Assembly: GCA_951406725.2 (NCBI GenBank)
Contig: OX597819.1
Location: 27,528,001-27,592,000 of the forward strand
Length of the DNA stretch: 64,000 nucleotides
Direction of reading: 5' to 3'
Source: Octopus vulgaris
Taxonomy: Eukaryota
The notes under the pieces are model-generated. The model did not search any database and had not been told where the DNA came from. It saw only the letters and a program-made list of their open reading frames with translations. Each line of letters starts with the position of its first letter. The first letter of the stretch is position 1. The translations under genes were made by a program, and so were the position numbers. Below, one piece after another: positions 1-13,278 of the stretch.

Positions 1-663
1 TGCTATTTCTTATTGTCAAACGAACATCTATTCATAAATACAAGCGATCTGGCCATCGCAGAAATATTAAAGTGGATACTCGTGAAGTCACAGCTGGAAT
101 TTTTAAAATACATGTGGGTTTCCTCTAGGGACAATAGTTAATATAAGGTGGATAACCATCCTCTCAAAACATGAGGATAGATTACATATTTGAATTTGAA
201 ATTAAGGAGTTATGAAAAGATGCAAAACTTGCTTCCCAATCATGTGGTCTTGAGTTCAGTCCAAATACACAGCACCTTGGGCAAGTTCCTTCTTCTATAT
301 CCCCGGGCTATAGTAGATTAATCCCCACACCCGCCGAAATTGCTGGCCCTGTACCAAAATTTGAAAACAATATAATTATGCTATACCAGTAGAACCACTT
401 TTTGCGGGGTAGATATGCATTTACAGCTTATATGATGTTTGAAAGTGCCGTTGTCTCGGTACAGTCCGCTCTCAAATTCTGAAATAGGTTTTCTGTTGGC
501 AACGTAAATTAATAGAACAATCATAAGAAGCATTACGCAGAAGAGATAGAAAGATGAGAAACTGATCACACGGAAGTATACTCGTGTTTGTAGTCATGCG
601 CATTAAAATATACTCCTATTAGTGAACTTTCCAATAAAAGTCAAGCTAGAAGTGAAAATAACA

Positions 664-877
664 GGCACAGGCGTGGGTATTTCGTAAGAAGTCTACTTCC
701 CAGTCACGTGGTTCTGGGTTCATTTCCATTGTGCGGCATCTTGGGTAACTGACTACTCCTAGTCTAGCACCGGGCTTATCAAAGACTTGTGAGTGGATTT
801 GGCTAACGGAAACTAAGAGAAGCCCGTCATATATATATATGTATGTGTGTATGTGTGTGTGTGTGTGTGTGTGTGTT

Positions 878-948
<71 letters not shown>

Positions 949-1145
949 CATGTGCGTGTAGGTGTATGTCTTCGTGTTTATGCTTCTTCCCGACTACCGC
1001 TTCGCAACCAGAGTAGGTTCGTTTACGTCCCCAAAACAGCAGCTCGGCTGAGAGAACGATGGAATAAGTATCAGGCTTAAAACGTTAAGTACTGGGCGAT
1101 GATTTGTTCGCCTAAACCCCTCTCCAAGCATGACTGAAACAAAGA
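664..1145 (+). mobile_element. SINE family A, degenerate copy with internal (TG)n/(TA)n
   Basis: Diverged match to the family A head (ggcacaggcgtgg...gttctgggttc), core (gagtggatttgg...cggaaact) and tail (atgactgaaacaaa). Confidence 0.75.
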
Positions 1146-1162
1146 AAAGATCACACACACAC

Positions 1163-1598
<436 letters not shown>

Positions 1599-2200
1599 TG
1601 AAGGTTTTAATTCTTGGTGTTGGATATGTATTAACTTCGACAACTAGAGCAGCTGTAATATTTCAAGTGTAAACCCTAACGAAAGAATTTTCACTCTGTT
1701 CTGTCTTAATCATTGACCTTAAAAGGTCATATTTCTTTGATAATTAAATATAATCTCTAGAATTATAAGACAGTAATGGCGGCCAACATTTGCAAAGTGT
1801 CAAATCAGTAATGAAAGGACGTGCCCTTTCCTCTCTGTTTATCTTTAACACATTCATACACACATACATACACACACATACATTCATACGTACATACATA
1901 CATACAAATACATACATACATACATACATAAATACATACATACATACATAGACACACATACATACATACATACATACATACACAGACACACATACATACA
2001 TACATACATACATGCATACATACATACATACATACACCTGTACCAACATACCCACTGCTATCACAAAGATCGTCAGCTATTTCTTTTCTTGATGTTACGC
2101 ACTTACACACATACACACACACCAGACGCCTTTTTTTCACGAGATTAACAATTAGAAATTATTCTGGAGTAAGAGACAATAAAAGAACCGAATGCTCATT

Positions 2201-2276
<76 letters not shown>

Positions 2277-2331
2277 GAAAAAAGAAAGAAAGAAAGAAAG
2301 AAAGAAGGAAAGAAAAAAAGAAAGAAAGAAA
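2201..2331. repeat. (GAAA)n microsatellite
   Basis: Direct reading. Confidence 0.95.
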
Positions 2332-2645
2332 GCGACCGGTGAAGGTTTATACCAATGTTCTCAACCGAAGTCCATATGACCCGTAGGGGTCCATATAAGA
2401 TTTTGTGGTTCACGCAAGCAAAATAGTAAACTGGGGACGCACAGTAGAATATTAAGGGCCCATAAAAAAAACTTTTTCTTTAGATGTATTTATTGTAAGA
2501 TACAGATTTCTTTCTCTAACCTTTTACATAGTTCAACCAACAAAATTGATGTGTGGAAAGCAAAATAGAAATTTTGAAAGAAGTATCTATAAAACTAGTT
2601 TTTAAAGATGGAATGATTGTGGGGTCCACCTGAATAAAATAGTAA

Positions 2646-3322
2646 TGAGTGGCTGTGTGGTAAGTAGCTTGCTTACCAACCACATGGTTCCAAGTTCAGT
2701 CCTACTGCGTGGCACCTTTGGAAAGTGTCTTCTACTATAGCCTCGGGCCGACCAAAGCCTTGTGAGTGGATTTGGTAGACGGAAACTGAAAGAAGCCCGT
2801 CGTATATATGTATATATATATATATATATATTTTAAAATTATAAATATATGAAAGAATGGAGTTGAGCGACGAATTAACAAAATTCCTTTATTTTCGACA
2901 TATGTTTCGAAGGCTGCATATTCTTAATTGCGAAGGAATGAGGAGTACATTATGCCACTTTCTCATCAGGAAAAGCAAGGAACTTATGTCAACATCAAAA
3001 TGCACAAAAAACTTTTAGATGATTGCTCACACGGAGCCCATAGCGATAATCTACTCAAATATTCATATATATATATATATATATATAAATGTGTGTGTGT
3101 GTGTGTATGTGTGTTTGTGTGTCTGTGTTTGTCCCCCCAACATCGCTTGACAACCGATGCTGGTGTGTTTACCTCCCCATAACTTAGCGGTTCGGCGAAA
3201 GAGACCGATAGAATAAGTACTAGGCTTACAAAGAATAAGTCCTGGGGGCGATTTGCTCGACTAAGGGCGGTGCTCCAGCATGGCTGCAGTCAAATGACTG
3301 AAACAAGTAAAAGAGACAAAGA
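2646..3322 (+). mobile_element. SINE family A with an HHR-bearing insert in its (TA)n tract
   Basis: Head gagtggctgtgtggtaagtagc and tail gactgaaacaagtaaaagag. About 235 bp of foreign sequence lies at 2830-3065. Confidence 0.85.
2892..2974 (-). ncRNA. Type I hammerhead ribozyme, intact core
   Basis: Minus strand reads TTTTC-CTGATGA-GAAAGTGGCATA...TATGCAGCCTTC-GAAAC-ATAT-GTC-GAAAA. Stem I is 5 bp, stem II is extended, stem III is palindromic (ACATATGT), triplet is GUC. Confidence 0.8.
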
Positions 3323-3373
3323 GCGGTTGAGAATCCCATATTTTGTTTATACGATAGTTAGAGAAGTTGAGTG

Positions 3374-3710
3374 AAGGCGGCGCATGGCTCAGTGGTCGTG
3401 CTCATAATCAGGAGGTAGTGTGTTCGACCCCCCAGGCCGAACTGTGTGTTGTGTTCTTGAGCAAGACGCTTTATTTCCCATTGCTCCAGTTCACTTCGTT
3501 GTAGAAATAAGTTGCGACGTCACTGATGCCTAACTATATCAGCCTTTGCCTTTCTCTTGGATAACATCGGTGGCGTGGAGAGAAAGGCTGATATATGTAT
3601 GGGCGACTGCTGGTCTTCCATAAACAATCTTTCCCAGAATTGTGCCTCGGAGGGGAACTTTCTTGGTGCAATCCCATAGTCATTCATGACCAAAAGGGCA
3701 TCTTTATCCT
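3374..3710 (+). mobile_element. SINE family C (tRNA head plus CORE-like segment)
   Basis: A-box-like tggctcagtgg and gttcttgagcaagac segment; colinear with 59860-60200. Confidence 0.75.
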
Positions 3711-4236
3711 TTTAGAAGATGGCATGAAAAAGAGCAGAGGAACGAGAGTAGAAATTTAAGAATCGAATAGAAGACGAGGATGGAGAGGGTGTGAGGATAT
3801 ATTGATTTCAAATATTGGCACAAGACCAGTAACTTCGGGGGAAGGGTAAAAATTAATTACATCGACCCCCTAGTTCTCAACTGGGACTTTTTTATCGACC
3901 CTGAAAGGATGAAAGGCAAAGTCGACATCGTCGAAATTAGAAAACAGAACGTAAAGACGGACGAAATGCAGCTATATATTCTAAACATTTAGTCCGGTAC
4001 TAAATGTCAATGCTAATTGTCAGCACATCGCCTTTCGAGTGGGAATATATCAAGAGTCTGACAGACACAGTGGAGGACAGACAGAAAGAGAGATAGAGAG
4101 AAAGAGAAAGAGGGATAGAAAGATAGGAGTGAGAAGCAGAGAAAAAAGAAGATAAGAATGATTATCTGTATCAGAGGTTGGCATCCATTTTGAACCTGTG
4201 AACCCTTTGACTGCTATTTTGTTCTGGTGGACCCCA

Positions 4237-4450
4237 CGTTAGCACACCAGGCGAAATGCGTAGCCGTATTTCGTCTGCCGTTACGTTCTGAGTTCAAGTT
4301 CCGCCGAGGTCGACTTTGCCTTTAATCCTTTCGGGGTCGATAAATTAAGTACCAGTTACGCACTGGGGTCGATGTAATCGACTTGATCCATTTGTCTGTC
4401 CTTGTTTTTGTCCCCTCTGTGTTTAGCCCCTTGTGGGTAGTAAAGAAATA
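4237..4450 (+). mobile_element. SINE family D (Meta/MESC-like central domain)
   Basis: Contains gtcgactttgcctttaatcctttcggggtcgataaattaagtaccag; many copies in the window. The domain name is from memory. Confidence 0.8.
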
Positions 4451-4563
4451 CATTTGATATTTAAAAACTAATTTTATAGATACTTCTTTCAAAATTCCTA
4501 TTTTGTTTTTCACACATAGGTTGAATTATATAAAACTTTAGAGAAAGTAACCAAAGAGAAAAT

Positions 4564-4605
<42 letters not shown>

Positions 4606-5067
4606 CAGAAAGAAAACGTGTAGAAAGAAAGAGAGATAGATAGAAAACGGTGAAGGGGAGAAAAAGGGAATTAGAGAAAAGGATGAGAGAGAAAACTATG
4701 GGAAAGAAAACAGTATAGAGTAGAGTTGCATCAAAAAGATTAAGATAAACTTACTTGGAAATGAATGTGTGTGTGTAAGAAGGTTCACACAGCTTATATA
4801 ATTATATCATTAATTATGGAAATATTGATTAACTTGACATAACTTTAGTAACCATGGAATTGTTGAAACAATTGTAAACAATGAAGTAAAATAATATTAC
4901 ATACTCCAATCTTCAATGTTTATTATTTATACCCTACAGTGGAAAAGAAATTTGAGACTTTTCTGTTCAAAACTGTTGCTTAAGAAGATTTTCCCCATCC
5001 AATTTTTAGATAGTCGCTGTCCGTAGAAGTACTTCGTAATTGAATTATATTATCCCAACTGACCTGA

Positions 5068-5129
<62 letters not shown>

Positions 5130-5139
5130 TGTGTGTGTA

Positions 5140-5620
5140 CGTGTATGTATGTATAAGCCTGGTCTTTCTTTCTTGATTCGGCCGTCGTCCGTGCAACATC
5201 CATATTCCTCCATGTGCCTGTGAAATCTTGTATCCCTGCCGTAAGGCTTCATTTCCACACACGCCAGCTTAATTTAATTCGTCTTTAGTCGAAAGACACC
5301 TGTTGTCATGTCCTGTTATTAGTTTTCGTGTAACATTCTCCGTTTTTTTTTTTTTGTCCTTGTTTTCATATATATTCGCTGCTTTCTTGCAAGTAATCTA
5401 ATGTTCTTAGCTTAGCTTTTCCGTAGGGCTGGCCATATTGGAGCAATCTCGAGTATAATCAGCCGAAATTGCAAAGGTAATCTGGAACTCGACTGAGGAA
5501 AGAAAACTCCAAATGACCTGTCATTGTTTTCTTTGTATCGTCTTCTGGATGTTTTGTTTTCCCTTTTTTGTATCATCTATCTGGATGTTTTGCGTTCTTG
5601 TCCCATTTTGTACTTTTTAT
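5140..5620 (+). mobile_element. Penelope pLTR-like non-coding repeat
   Basis: aatcagccgaaattgc...ctgagga followed by a T-rich tail; homologous to 10510-10672 on the minus strand. Confidence 0.4.
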
Positions 5621-6207
5621 ATGTATGTTTATAGTTCACAAATGAGATCCAGAAATTCTCCGTATAGAAGACAGTAGTGCTCAAAAGATTCTTAGACTCC
5701 GATGTCTTTACAAGGGATTATTCCACAATGTAAGGAAAGGCTATAAGAGGGATCAAGGCCGCATATTGTGATGAACTAAATCTACCAACATTGTTAGGAT
5801 CGCCGAACCCCTAGAAACAGCTGTTGGACTTATAACACCTCTCTTCCACCCCTTTAATTTTCTGTCATTTGAACTCTAAGTTGGATCTATTAATATAAAT
5901 ATCTATATATTTATACTCAAAAAATCACCTCAAAGTCTCCACCTTTTGCTTCCTCTCATTTTGCATGTATACATATATACATATTTTGTATTTCATACAC
6001 TAATATATTTAATACATTTAATATATTTGATGTATCTAACTTGTTTATCCGCATAATTGCTTCTATGCCCACTCAACTTAATCTCTCTTATAGCCTTTCC
6101 ATACTTGTTTATTGTATACATTTAAAATATATATTGTTTCAGAAATTCTAGGTTCCTCACTGGTAAAACCTGAGTGTATTTCTAAGATTAATGTGTGATA
6201 CATATAA

Positions 6208-6625
6208 GTCGGTGAGCTGGCAGAATCATTAGCACGCCGGACAAAATGCATAGCGACATTTCTAAGTTCAAATTCTGCCAAGGTCAGCTTTGTCTTTCGT
6301 CTTTCCTGGGTCGATTGTATGAGAACCAATTGAACTTTGAGGTTGGTGTAATTGACCTAACACCTTCTATGAAATTCTGTGTGTTTCGCCAAAATTTGAA
6401 ACCAATGTATAATAGTTGTAAAGGCGGCGAGTAAGCAGAATTGCTTGCTCATCGGACAGAATACTTAACGGCATTTCGTCAGTCTTCACGTTCTGAGTTC
6501 CAGTTTTGCCGAGGTTGATTTTATCTGTCATCTTTTCGGGGTCGATAAATAAGTGACGTTTGAGTAATGGGGTCGATGTAATCGACTTCCTCACCCCTCA
6601 AAATTGCCAGCCTTGTGCCAAAATA
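6208..6625 (+). mobile_element. Two tandem degenerate SINE family D copies
   Basis: Two heads (ggtgagctggcagaatc and aaggcggcgagtaagcagaa), each followed by the central domain. Confidence 0.7.
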
Positions 6626-7450
6626 AGAAAAGAATAGGATCATTTTTGTTTGGCTGCTACTTTTCAATTTCTTCAATTTTGTTCCAATTGATTTCAAATT
6701 TAGTGTATTCATGTAGTTTTGTATGCTAATTATTGGCATGAAATGCATTTTCGCTTTATATCAATAAATAAACAGTTAATAGCTTTAAACAATTTTTCCA
6801 ATCAAAAGTCACAGACATATAGGTTCCTGTTTCCATAATAACAAGCCAAGCATTGGAACTCTTGTTTACGAAAAACCACATGTGCTTACAAACCGATATT
6901 TTACACTGTGTTTTCCTGTTTGTACACATCTGTTGATGTTTTTGAATATTTTAAGTTGCATTTTCGGCACCCACCTCTTGAATGCTTAAAACTACAATAC
7001 ATGTGTTGTTCACTCGTTTTTTATTAACTTTTCGCTAATTAAATGCTAAAAACACCTACTATCGTTGCAATGTTGACATTAATATTTTCTCGTCTTACGA
7101 TTGCAGTCACGCACAGAATGACAGCTTCCAAATTGTGTTTTCTGACTGGATAAAAATTATCAGACTTTAAACCACTGTACCATTAAAAATCTTTTCTTCC
7201 TGGAATAAGTGAATTAGCCCCTAAGATTCAGCTCGAAAAATTACATCATTACACCAAATTTGAAAATTTTCACTTAATTTTAAAATGTCAAAACTGTAGC
7301 CAAAAAGAAAAGACCCAAAGAACGTATAAGAACACGGAGAATGAATTTAACACAACTTTAATATTCTCACAAATGTTTCTTTGCTAGTATTTTTTTAAGT
7401 GTTGCATGTGAATTATGCTTTGTGAAAAATTTTGCGATATATGCGATATA

Positions 7451-7858
7451 GGCGCAGGAGTGGCTGTGTGGTAAGTAGCTTGCTTACCAACCACATGGTT
7501 CCGGGTTCAGTCCCACTGCGTGGCATCTTGGGTAAGTGTCTTCTGCTATAGCCCCGGGCCGACTAATGCCTTGTGAGTGGATTTGGTAGACGGAAACTGA
7601 AAGAAGCCTGTCGTATATATGTATATATATATATATGTATGTGTGTGTTTGTGTGTCTGTGTTTGTCCTCCTAGCATTGCTTGACAACCGATGCTGGCGT
7701 GTTTACGTCCCGTCACTTAGCGGATCGGGAAAAGAGACCGATAGAATAAGTACTGGGCTTACAAAGAATAAGTCCCGGGGTCGATTTGCTCGACTAAAGG
7801 CGGTGCTCCACGATGGCCGCAGTCAAATGACTGAAACAAGTAAAAGAGTAAAAGAGTA
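7451..7858 (+). mobile_element. SINE family A, full length (reference copy)
   Basis: tRNA-like head ggcgcaggagtggctgtgtggtaag...gggttcagtccc, internal (TA)/(TG) tract, tail (taaaagag)n. Confidence 0.92.
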
Positions 7859-7989
7859 TGTGACTGAATTTGTTGGAGTAAGGTTTCATCAGATTAGCCA
7901 TTAAGCCTGCCTCTCTGCATTGTACGAATCATTTACAGGCTATATAATTAGAAAGGAAATAGTACAGAAATTGTAATGAATTGAGAGAT

Positions 7990-8050
<61 letters not shown>

Positions 8051-8775
8051 CTGAGTGATAAGTTCATATCACACTCCTGAAACCATGAGATGCACTGCGA
8101 GGTATGTACAGCGAGTGTCATTTAGTATAGCCTCTTGTCGACTCAAGTGCCTTGTTATTTATATTGGTCAGACGGAAGCTGTGTACTAAGCGCCTTGGGA
8201 GTGAAATTATGGACGGAAACCTTGTGGAACCTGTGTATATATATATATATATATATATTCTTCTTTTTCTCCTCTCTTTCCATCTCCTTATTCTTTTACT
8301 CCCTTCCTCTATGTTATCATCTTATTAATATATACCATTCTCATTTTCCATATTCCCCCACCCCTATTTGTCTCTGATGACAGAATATTTCATACTCGGG
8401 GATATCCTAGAAACTATAAGATTTTGAATTTCTTCCTATAATAATATATATAATTATATATGACTTGATATGTTTACCTTGCCTTAATGTTTGACGTCCT
8501 CTTTAACAACTATATAACCACTGCATCGGAAATCTGCAATTGCTCCATAGCTACCGTCTTGACTATAACCTTGGAGCCCCAGTAGTCCGTTACAGCACTT
8601 ACCTAACGTACCTAATCGTTTAGATCACCTGTGAACTAAACCACCATATATATATATTGTTGTATTTCGGAATGGTCATTTTGCCAGTTTAGCCAATAAA
8701 AACACACGCACTATATATTTGGTGTTACTTTGCTTCAGTGTTATTTATTTTTTACATTAATCTTAATCTTATTTC

Positions 8776-8820
8776 GGCCAGAGTTTTTTCGTCACACTCC
8801 TGTGACCGCATCAGTGGTCC
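8776..8820 (-). ncRNA. Hammerhead-like motif, degenerate
   Basis: GGACCA-CTGATGC-GGTCAC...GTGAC-GAAA-AAA-CTC-TGGCC. Same repeat family as 44587-44629. Confidence 0.55.
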
Positions 8821-9363
8821 TTTGTTTTCTTCTTTCTTATTTGTATCTCTCCTTATTAACCGTCAGCCATTTTATACAACAGACATATAAACGTAATATA
8901 CATATATATAATTATTTATCTTGTACTTGTTTCAGTTAGTTGACTGCTGCGGCCATGCTGGAGCACCGCCTTGAAACGTTTTCAAGTCGAACAAATCGAC
9001 TCTAGAACATTTTGTTTAAAAATTTATTCAATCGGACTCTTTTGCCGAACCGCTAAGTTTAGGGGGCGTAAACACACCAACACTGGTTATCAAACGGCGA
9101 TGGAACACACACACGCACACACATACACACACACACACACATATATAATTTGATTAGAGGTTTTGTTAATCTCATGAACGATGGTTTCATCCAAGAAAAT
9201 ACTAGTTCAATACCTAGTATTTTTGGGGAATTAATTTCCTTGAATTAATAGGTATATATATAAAAACATATAGTGTATATATTTTATATTCATATAAAAG
9301 AAGAAAAAAAGGGAGATTGGAAAGTTAATAATTGTCTGTTATTAACGGCAAATTAATCATCAA

Positions 9364-9558
9364 CCCTTACAGCTGTTTCAATTAATACTCAGTAAATATT
9401 AATTAAATATTAAATTTATATGACCTGCTTATAATATCTTCAAAGGGGAAAAATATAACCTTGGATATTTTATATGCGTTTATAGCAGACTGCTATAATG
9501 AATCCATAGTCACATATAAAACATCCAAGACCATATTATTTTCCCTCTGAAGATATTA
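9364..9558 (-). mobile_element. Fold-back pLTR-like element with a degenerate HHR
   Basis: Minus strand CCCT-TTGAAGA...GAAAC-AGCT-GTA-AGGG (9364-9447). The inverted arm at 9543 keeps CCCT-CTGAAGA. Confidence 0.55.
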
Positions 9559-9566
9559 TCCTCAGA

Positions 9567-9660
<94 letters not shown>

Positions 9661-9661
9661 T

Positions 9662-9860
9662 TATAAAATAATATGTTGCAATTATTCAATAGTCAAGATA
9701 AAACTCTGAGTTTCGGATGCCGAAGTGGAAATCCACAACACCATCTCAGAGTTTTATCTTGACTATTGAATAATTGCAACATATTATTTTATAGATAAAT
9801 TTCCTCTATTTACATAATATTGAGGTATCTTTCTTTTGCTATCTTACCGTTTTTACCATT
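9662..9860. mobile_element. Palindromic pLTR-like element (family of the 21.1 kb and 55.2 kb copies)
   Basis: ~48-bp inverted arms (tataaaataatatgttgcaattattcaatagtcaagataaaactctgag); next to (TA)n. Confidence 0.7.
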
Positions 9861-10226
9861 ATATATATATACATATGTATATAAGAATTTTTCCGTAATG
9901 AGATAAAAAAAAAACAAGGCTGTGTAGATATTAGAACATGTATAGATAGGCCCTACAGCTGTTTCCAGGATATTTATTTTTTATATCCCTTCATCTGAGA
10001 CGGTGTGAGAGGATGGTTAAGAAATAGTTAATTTAGATAGGATACAAAATAGAGAGTGAAGTGGAGGAAAGAAAATAGATGTGAGATATGTAGGGATATT
10101 GAAGTCGTAAATCCATTTTTTGGCAGAATGGTATACATATAAGAATCCTATACCTTATGAGTAAAATCCGACAGAATTTAAAATGGGTCATTCCAAGTAT
10201 AGAGCTTATACACAATGTACGATTCC

Positions 10227-10261
<35 letters not shown>

Positions 10262-10267
<6 letters not shown>

Positions 10268-10455
10268 TCCCGGGTTGATTCGGGGTTAACCACAGTAAGT
10301 AAGGTACTCAATACATAGCAGAGTAAAATTAATTTATTATATAGAAGGAGCTTCTACAGGACTAGTACTGTTTCATTCAAGAGAAATCTTCCTGAAGATT
10401 TCTCTTGAATGAAACAGTACTAGTCTGTAGAAACTCCTTCTATATAATAAATTAA
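10262..10455. mobile_element. Palindromic HHR element, copy 1
   Basis: Inverted arms. Plus strand TTC-CTGAAGA-TTTCTCTTGAAT-GAAAC-AGTACTAGTCT-GTA-GAA. Between (TA)n tracts. Confidence 0.75.
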
Positions 10456-10456
10456 A

Positions 10457-10530
<74 letters not shown>

Positions 10531-10755
10531 TAAACAGTAAAAATAATTACAGACATGGACAAGAACATGAAACACCACAGAGACGACACAAGAACCACAG
10601 GACGGGACATTCGAAGCCCTCAGTCATCAGTCAAGAACCAGATCATCTTAGCAATTTCGGCTGATTAATCTTATGTAGGTCCCGGGTTGATTCGGGGTTA
10701 ACCACAGTAAATAAGGTACTCAATACATAGCAGAGTAAAATTAATTTATTATATA

Positions 10756-10810
10756 GGAGCTTCTACAGGACTAGAACTGTTTCATTCAAGAGAAATCATC
10801 AGGAAGCTCC
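10756..10810 (-). ncRNA. Type I hammerhead ribozyme
   Basis: GGAGCTTC-CTGATGA-TTTCTCTTGAAT-GAAAC-AGTTCTAGTCCT-GTA-GAAGCTCC. 8-bp stem I, GUA triplet; U-U at the base of stem II is atypical. Confidence 0.78.
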
Positions 10811-10811
10811 A

Positions 10812-10864
10812 GAGCTTCCTGATGATTTCTCTTGAATGAAACAGTTCTAGTCCTGTAGAAGCTC
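10812..10864 (+). ncRNA. Type I hammerhead ribozyme (mirror copy)
   Basis: GAGCTTC-CTGATGA(10819-25)...GAAA(10838-41)...GTA(10855-57)-GAAGCTC. Confidence 0.78.
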
Positions 10865-10874
10865 CTTCTATATA

Positions 10875-10942
<68 letters not shown>

Positions 10943-10967
10943 TAGTATATATATATATATATATATG

Positions 10968-11017
<50 letters not shown>

Positions 11018-11073
11018 CATATATATATACGTATACATATATACATACATACATATATATATATATATTTATG

Positions 11074-11157
<84 letters not shown>

Positions 11158-11158
11158 G

Positions 11159-11196
<38 letters not shown>

Positions 11197-11420
11197 TGTT
11201 CGGTTAAAGAGTAAGATAAATACTACACCTTAAAAACAACACTTGACCCAGTTTGTTCGACTGAATCCTCCAGGGCAGTGCCGCAGCATGGCCGCGGTCC
11301 AATGGCTGAAGCAAATATAAGAACAAAAGAATAGAAAACTAAAAGAGTTCGTACATGTGCGTTTGAATGTCAGTGCATGCATGCACGTGGGTATGTATAT
11401 GTGCATCTCTATATGAGATA

Positions 11421-11459
<39 letters not shown>

Positions 11460-12232
11460 GTGTATTGTGTTTATGTTTGTGATGTGTATATATTCATGTA
11501 GAAAATATTAGGTTGGCGTTCGAAAATATATATCTATATATCTATGAATTTATATGTGTAAATATTTATGTATGTGTGAGTGTATGTGTGTTTGTGTGCG
11601 TTGTGTGTATATGTGTATATCTATCTATTCGTGCGTAAACATGTTTATGGTTATATGTGTGTATATATACGTGTGTGTGTGTGTGTGTTTGTGTGTGTGT
11701 GTGAGCGGCTGTGTTGTTTCGGTTTGGGTTTATGAGAGTGAGTGTATACTTGCATGTGTATGTCTACGCGCGTGCGCGCACGAGCATGTGAGTGCACTTT
11801 ACGCAAGTGCTTGCTCCTTTCAATGGATCCTGTTACCGCCTGCCAGTGACGATATAAAACATTTCAAAGGTTATTGAGTGCAGTTTCCAAAAATATCTCC
11901 ATTGTTCTTTCATTGAAGAAATAATTTCGCCCTTAGCAGCTTCTCCAACCTTCTTATTATCTATTTAAGCAGCAGGGGGTCTTATTGAGTTGCCTTGTTA
12001 ATTGCTGTTGTTGTTCTTGTTGTCATCGTCGTCGTCATCGTTACTGTTGTTGTTGTTGTTGTTGTTGTTGGGGTGGAGTTGGTAATGATGGTGCGATGAT
12101 GGTGTCGGGGATGGAGGTGACGGCGCTGCAGATGGATGGATGGATGTATATGAGTATATATCAATGTACATAAAAACCTGTGTAATTTATTGAATTGTTC
12201 ATGGCATGAATGCGTGTGTATGGGAGTGTGTG

Positions 12233-12312
<80 letters not shown>

Positions 12313-12333
12313 CAGATAGATAGATAGATAGAT
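12233..12333. repeat. (GATA)n microsatellite
   Basis: Direct reading. Confidence 0.95.
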
Positions 12334-12903
12334 ATACATATCTTTCATTTTTGACTTCTTTCAGTCATGCTGGGAGACTATCTTAGAAGGATTTTAAACG
12401 GATCAAGTTAAAATTCTTTCACCCATTTAAACATTTTCGAATTCTCACCAGACTGTTTTTAAAAAAAAATGCGATTCTGATGCAGTTTTGCTGGCTGATA
12501 ACCAAAATCGCATTCATTTTTATTTATTTATTAATTTATTTATTTTTGTCTAGAAATTGATAAACACCAGAAGCATGCCCCTCGGTAAAGTTGTTTCCTC
12601 ACAACTTTCTGAAAAATGGATAGTTTTAAATGAAAATTTCTACAAACACGATTTGGATGGTGTAGATTACGATTATACTGGAATGTGCTGTGAAAAACCT
12701 TTCTAGAGAGAAGGAAGGAGTTTCGGATAATTCATTCGCCTCCAATTTCTTGCCTTATAGAATATTTCAGAAAATTTATCTTTTAAGAAATTTTCTACAA
12801 GTACTTTTCATATGGTGTAGATTATAGTTGTACTGGATTTTAATGTGAAAAAAAAAAAAATACAAATTGGGCGTGAGACGGATATTTCTCGTATTTCGAC
12901 TTT

Positions 12904-13278
12904 TGGCTGTGTGATTAAGTAGCTTGCTTACCAACCACATGGTTCCGGGTTCAGTCCCACTGCGTGGCACCTTGGACAGGTATCTTCTACTATAGCCTCG
13001 GGCCGACCAAAGTCTTGTGAGTGGATTTGGCAGACGGAAACTGAAAGAAGCTCGTCGTATATATGTATATATATATATATGTGTGTGTGTGTGTGAGTGT
13101 GTGTACGTGTGTGTATATGTCTGTCCCCCCAACATCGCTTGACAACCGATGCTGGTGTGTTTACGTCCCCGTAACTTAGCCCGTTCGGCAAAAGAGACCG
13201 ATAGAATAATTACTAAGGCGGAGCTCCAGCATGGCCACAGTCAAATGAGTGAAACAAGTAAAAGAGTAAAAAGAGTAT
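12904..13278 (+). mobile_element. SINE family A
   Basis: Colinear with 7451-7858, with a small internal deletion. Confidence 0.88.

Larger units (their letters stand above)
2353..3338. mobile_element. hAT-like MITE remnant interrupted by a SINE
   Basis: Degenerate TIRs caatgttctcaacc...ggttgagaatccc. The internal ggggtccatataagattttg is shared with the element at 62603-63080. Confidence 0.5.

Noticed and set aside
7451-7520. tRNA-like sequences here and at 39656, 45120, 58565 and others
   Set aside because: They are SINE heads continuing into repeat bodies, with no complete cloverleaf.
12776-13191. Recurrent ORFs with GLNPEPCGW or [15 protein letters not shown]
   Set aside because: These are antisense translations of SINE family A; recurrence reflects the repeat.
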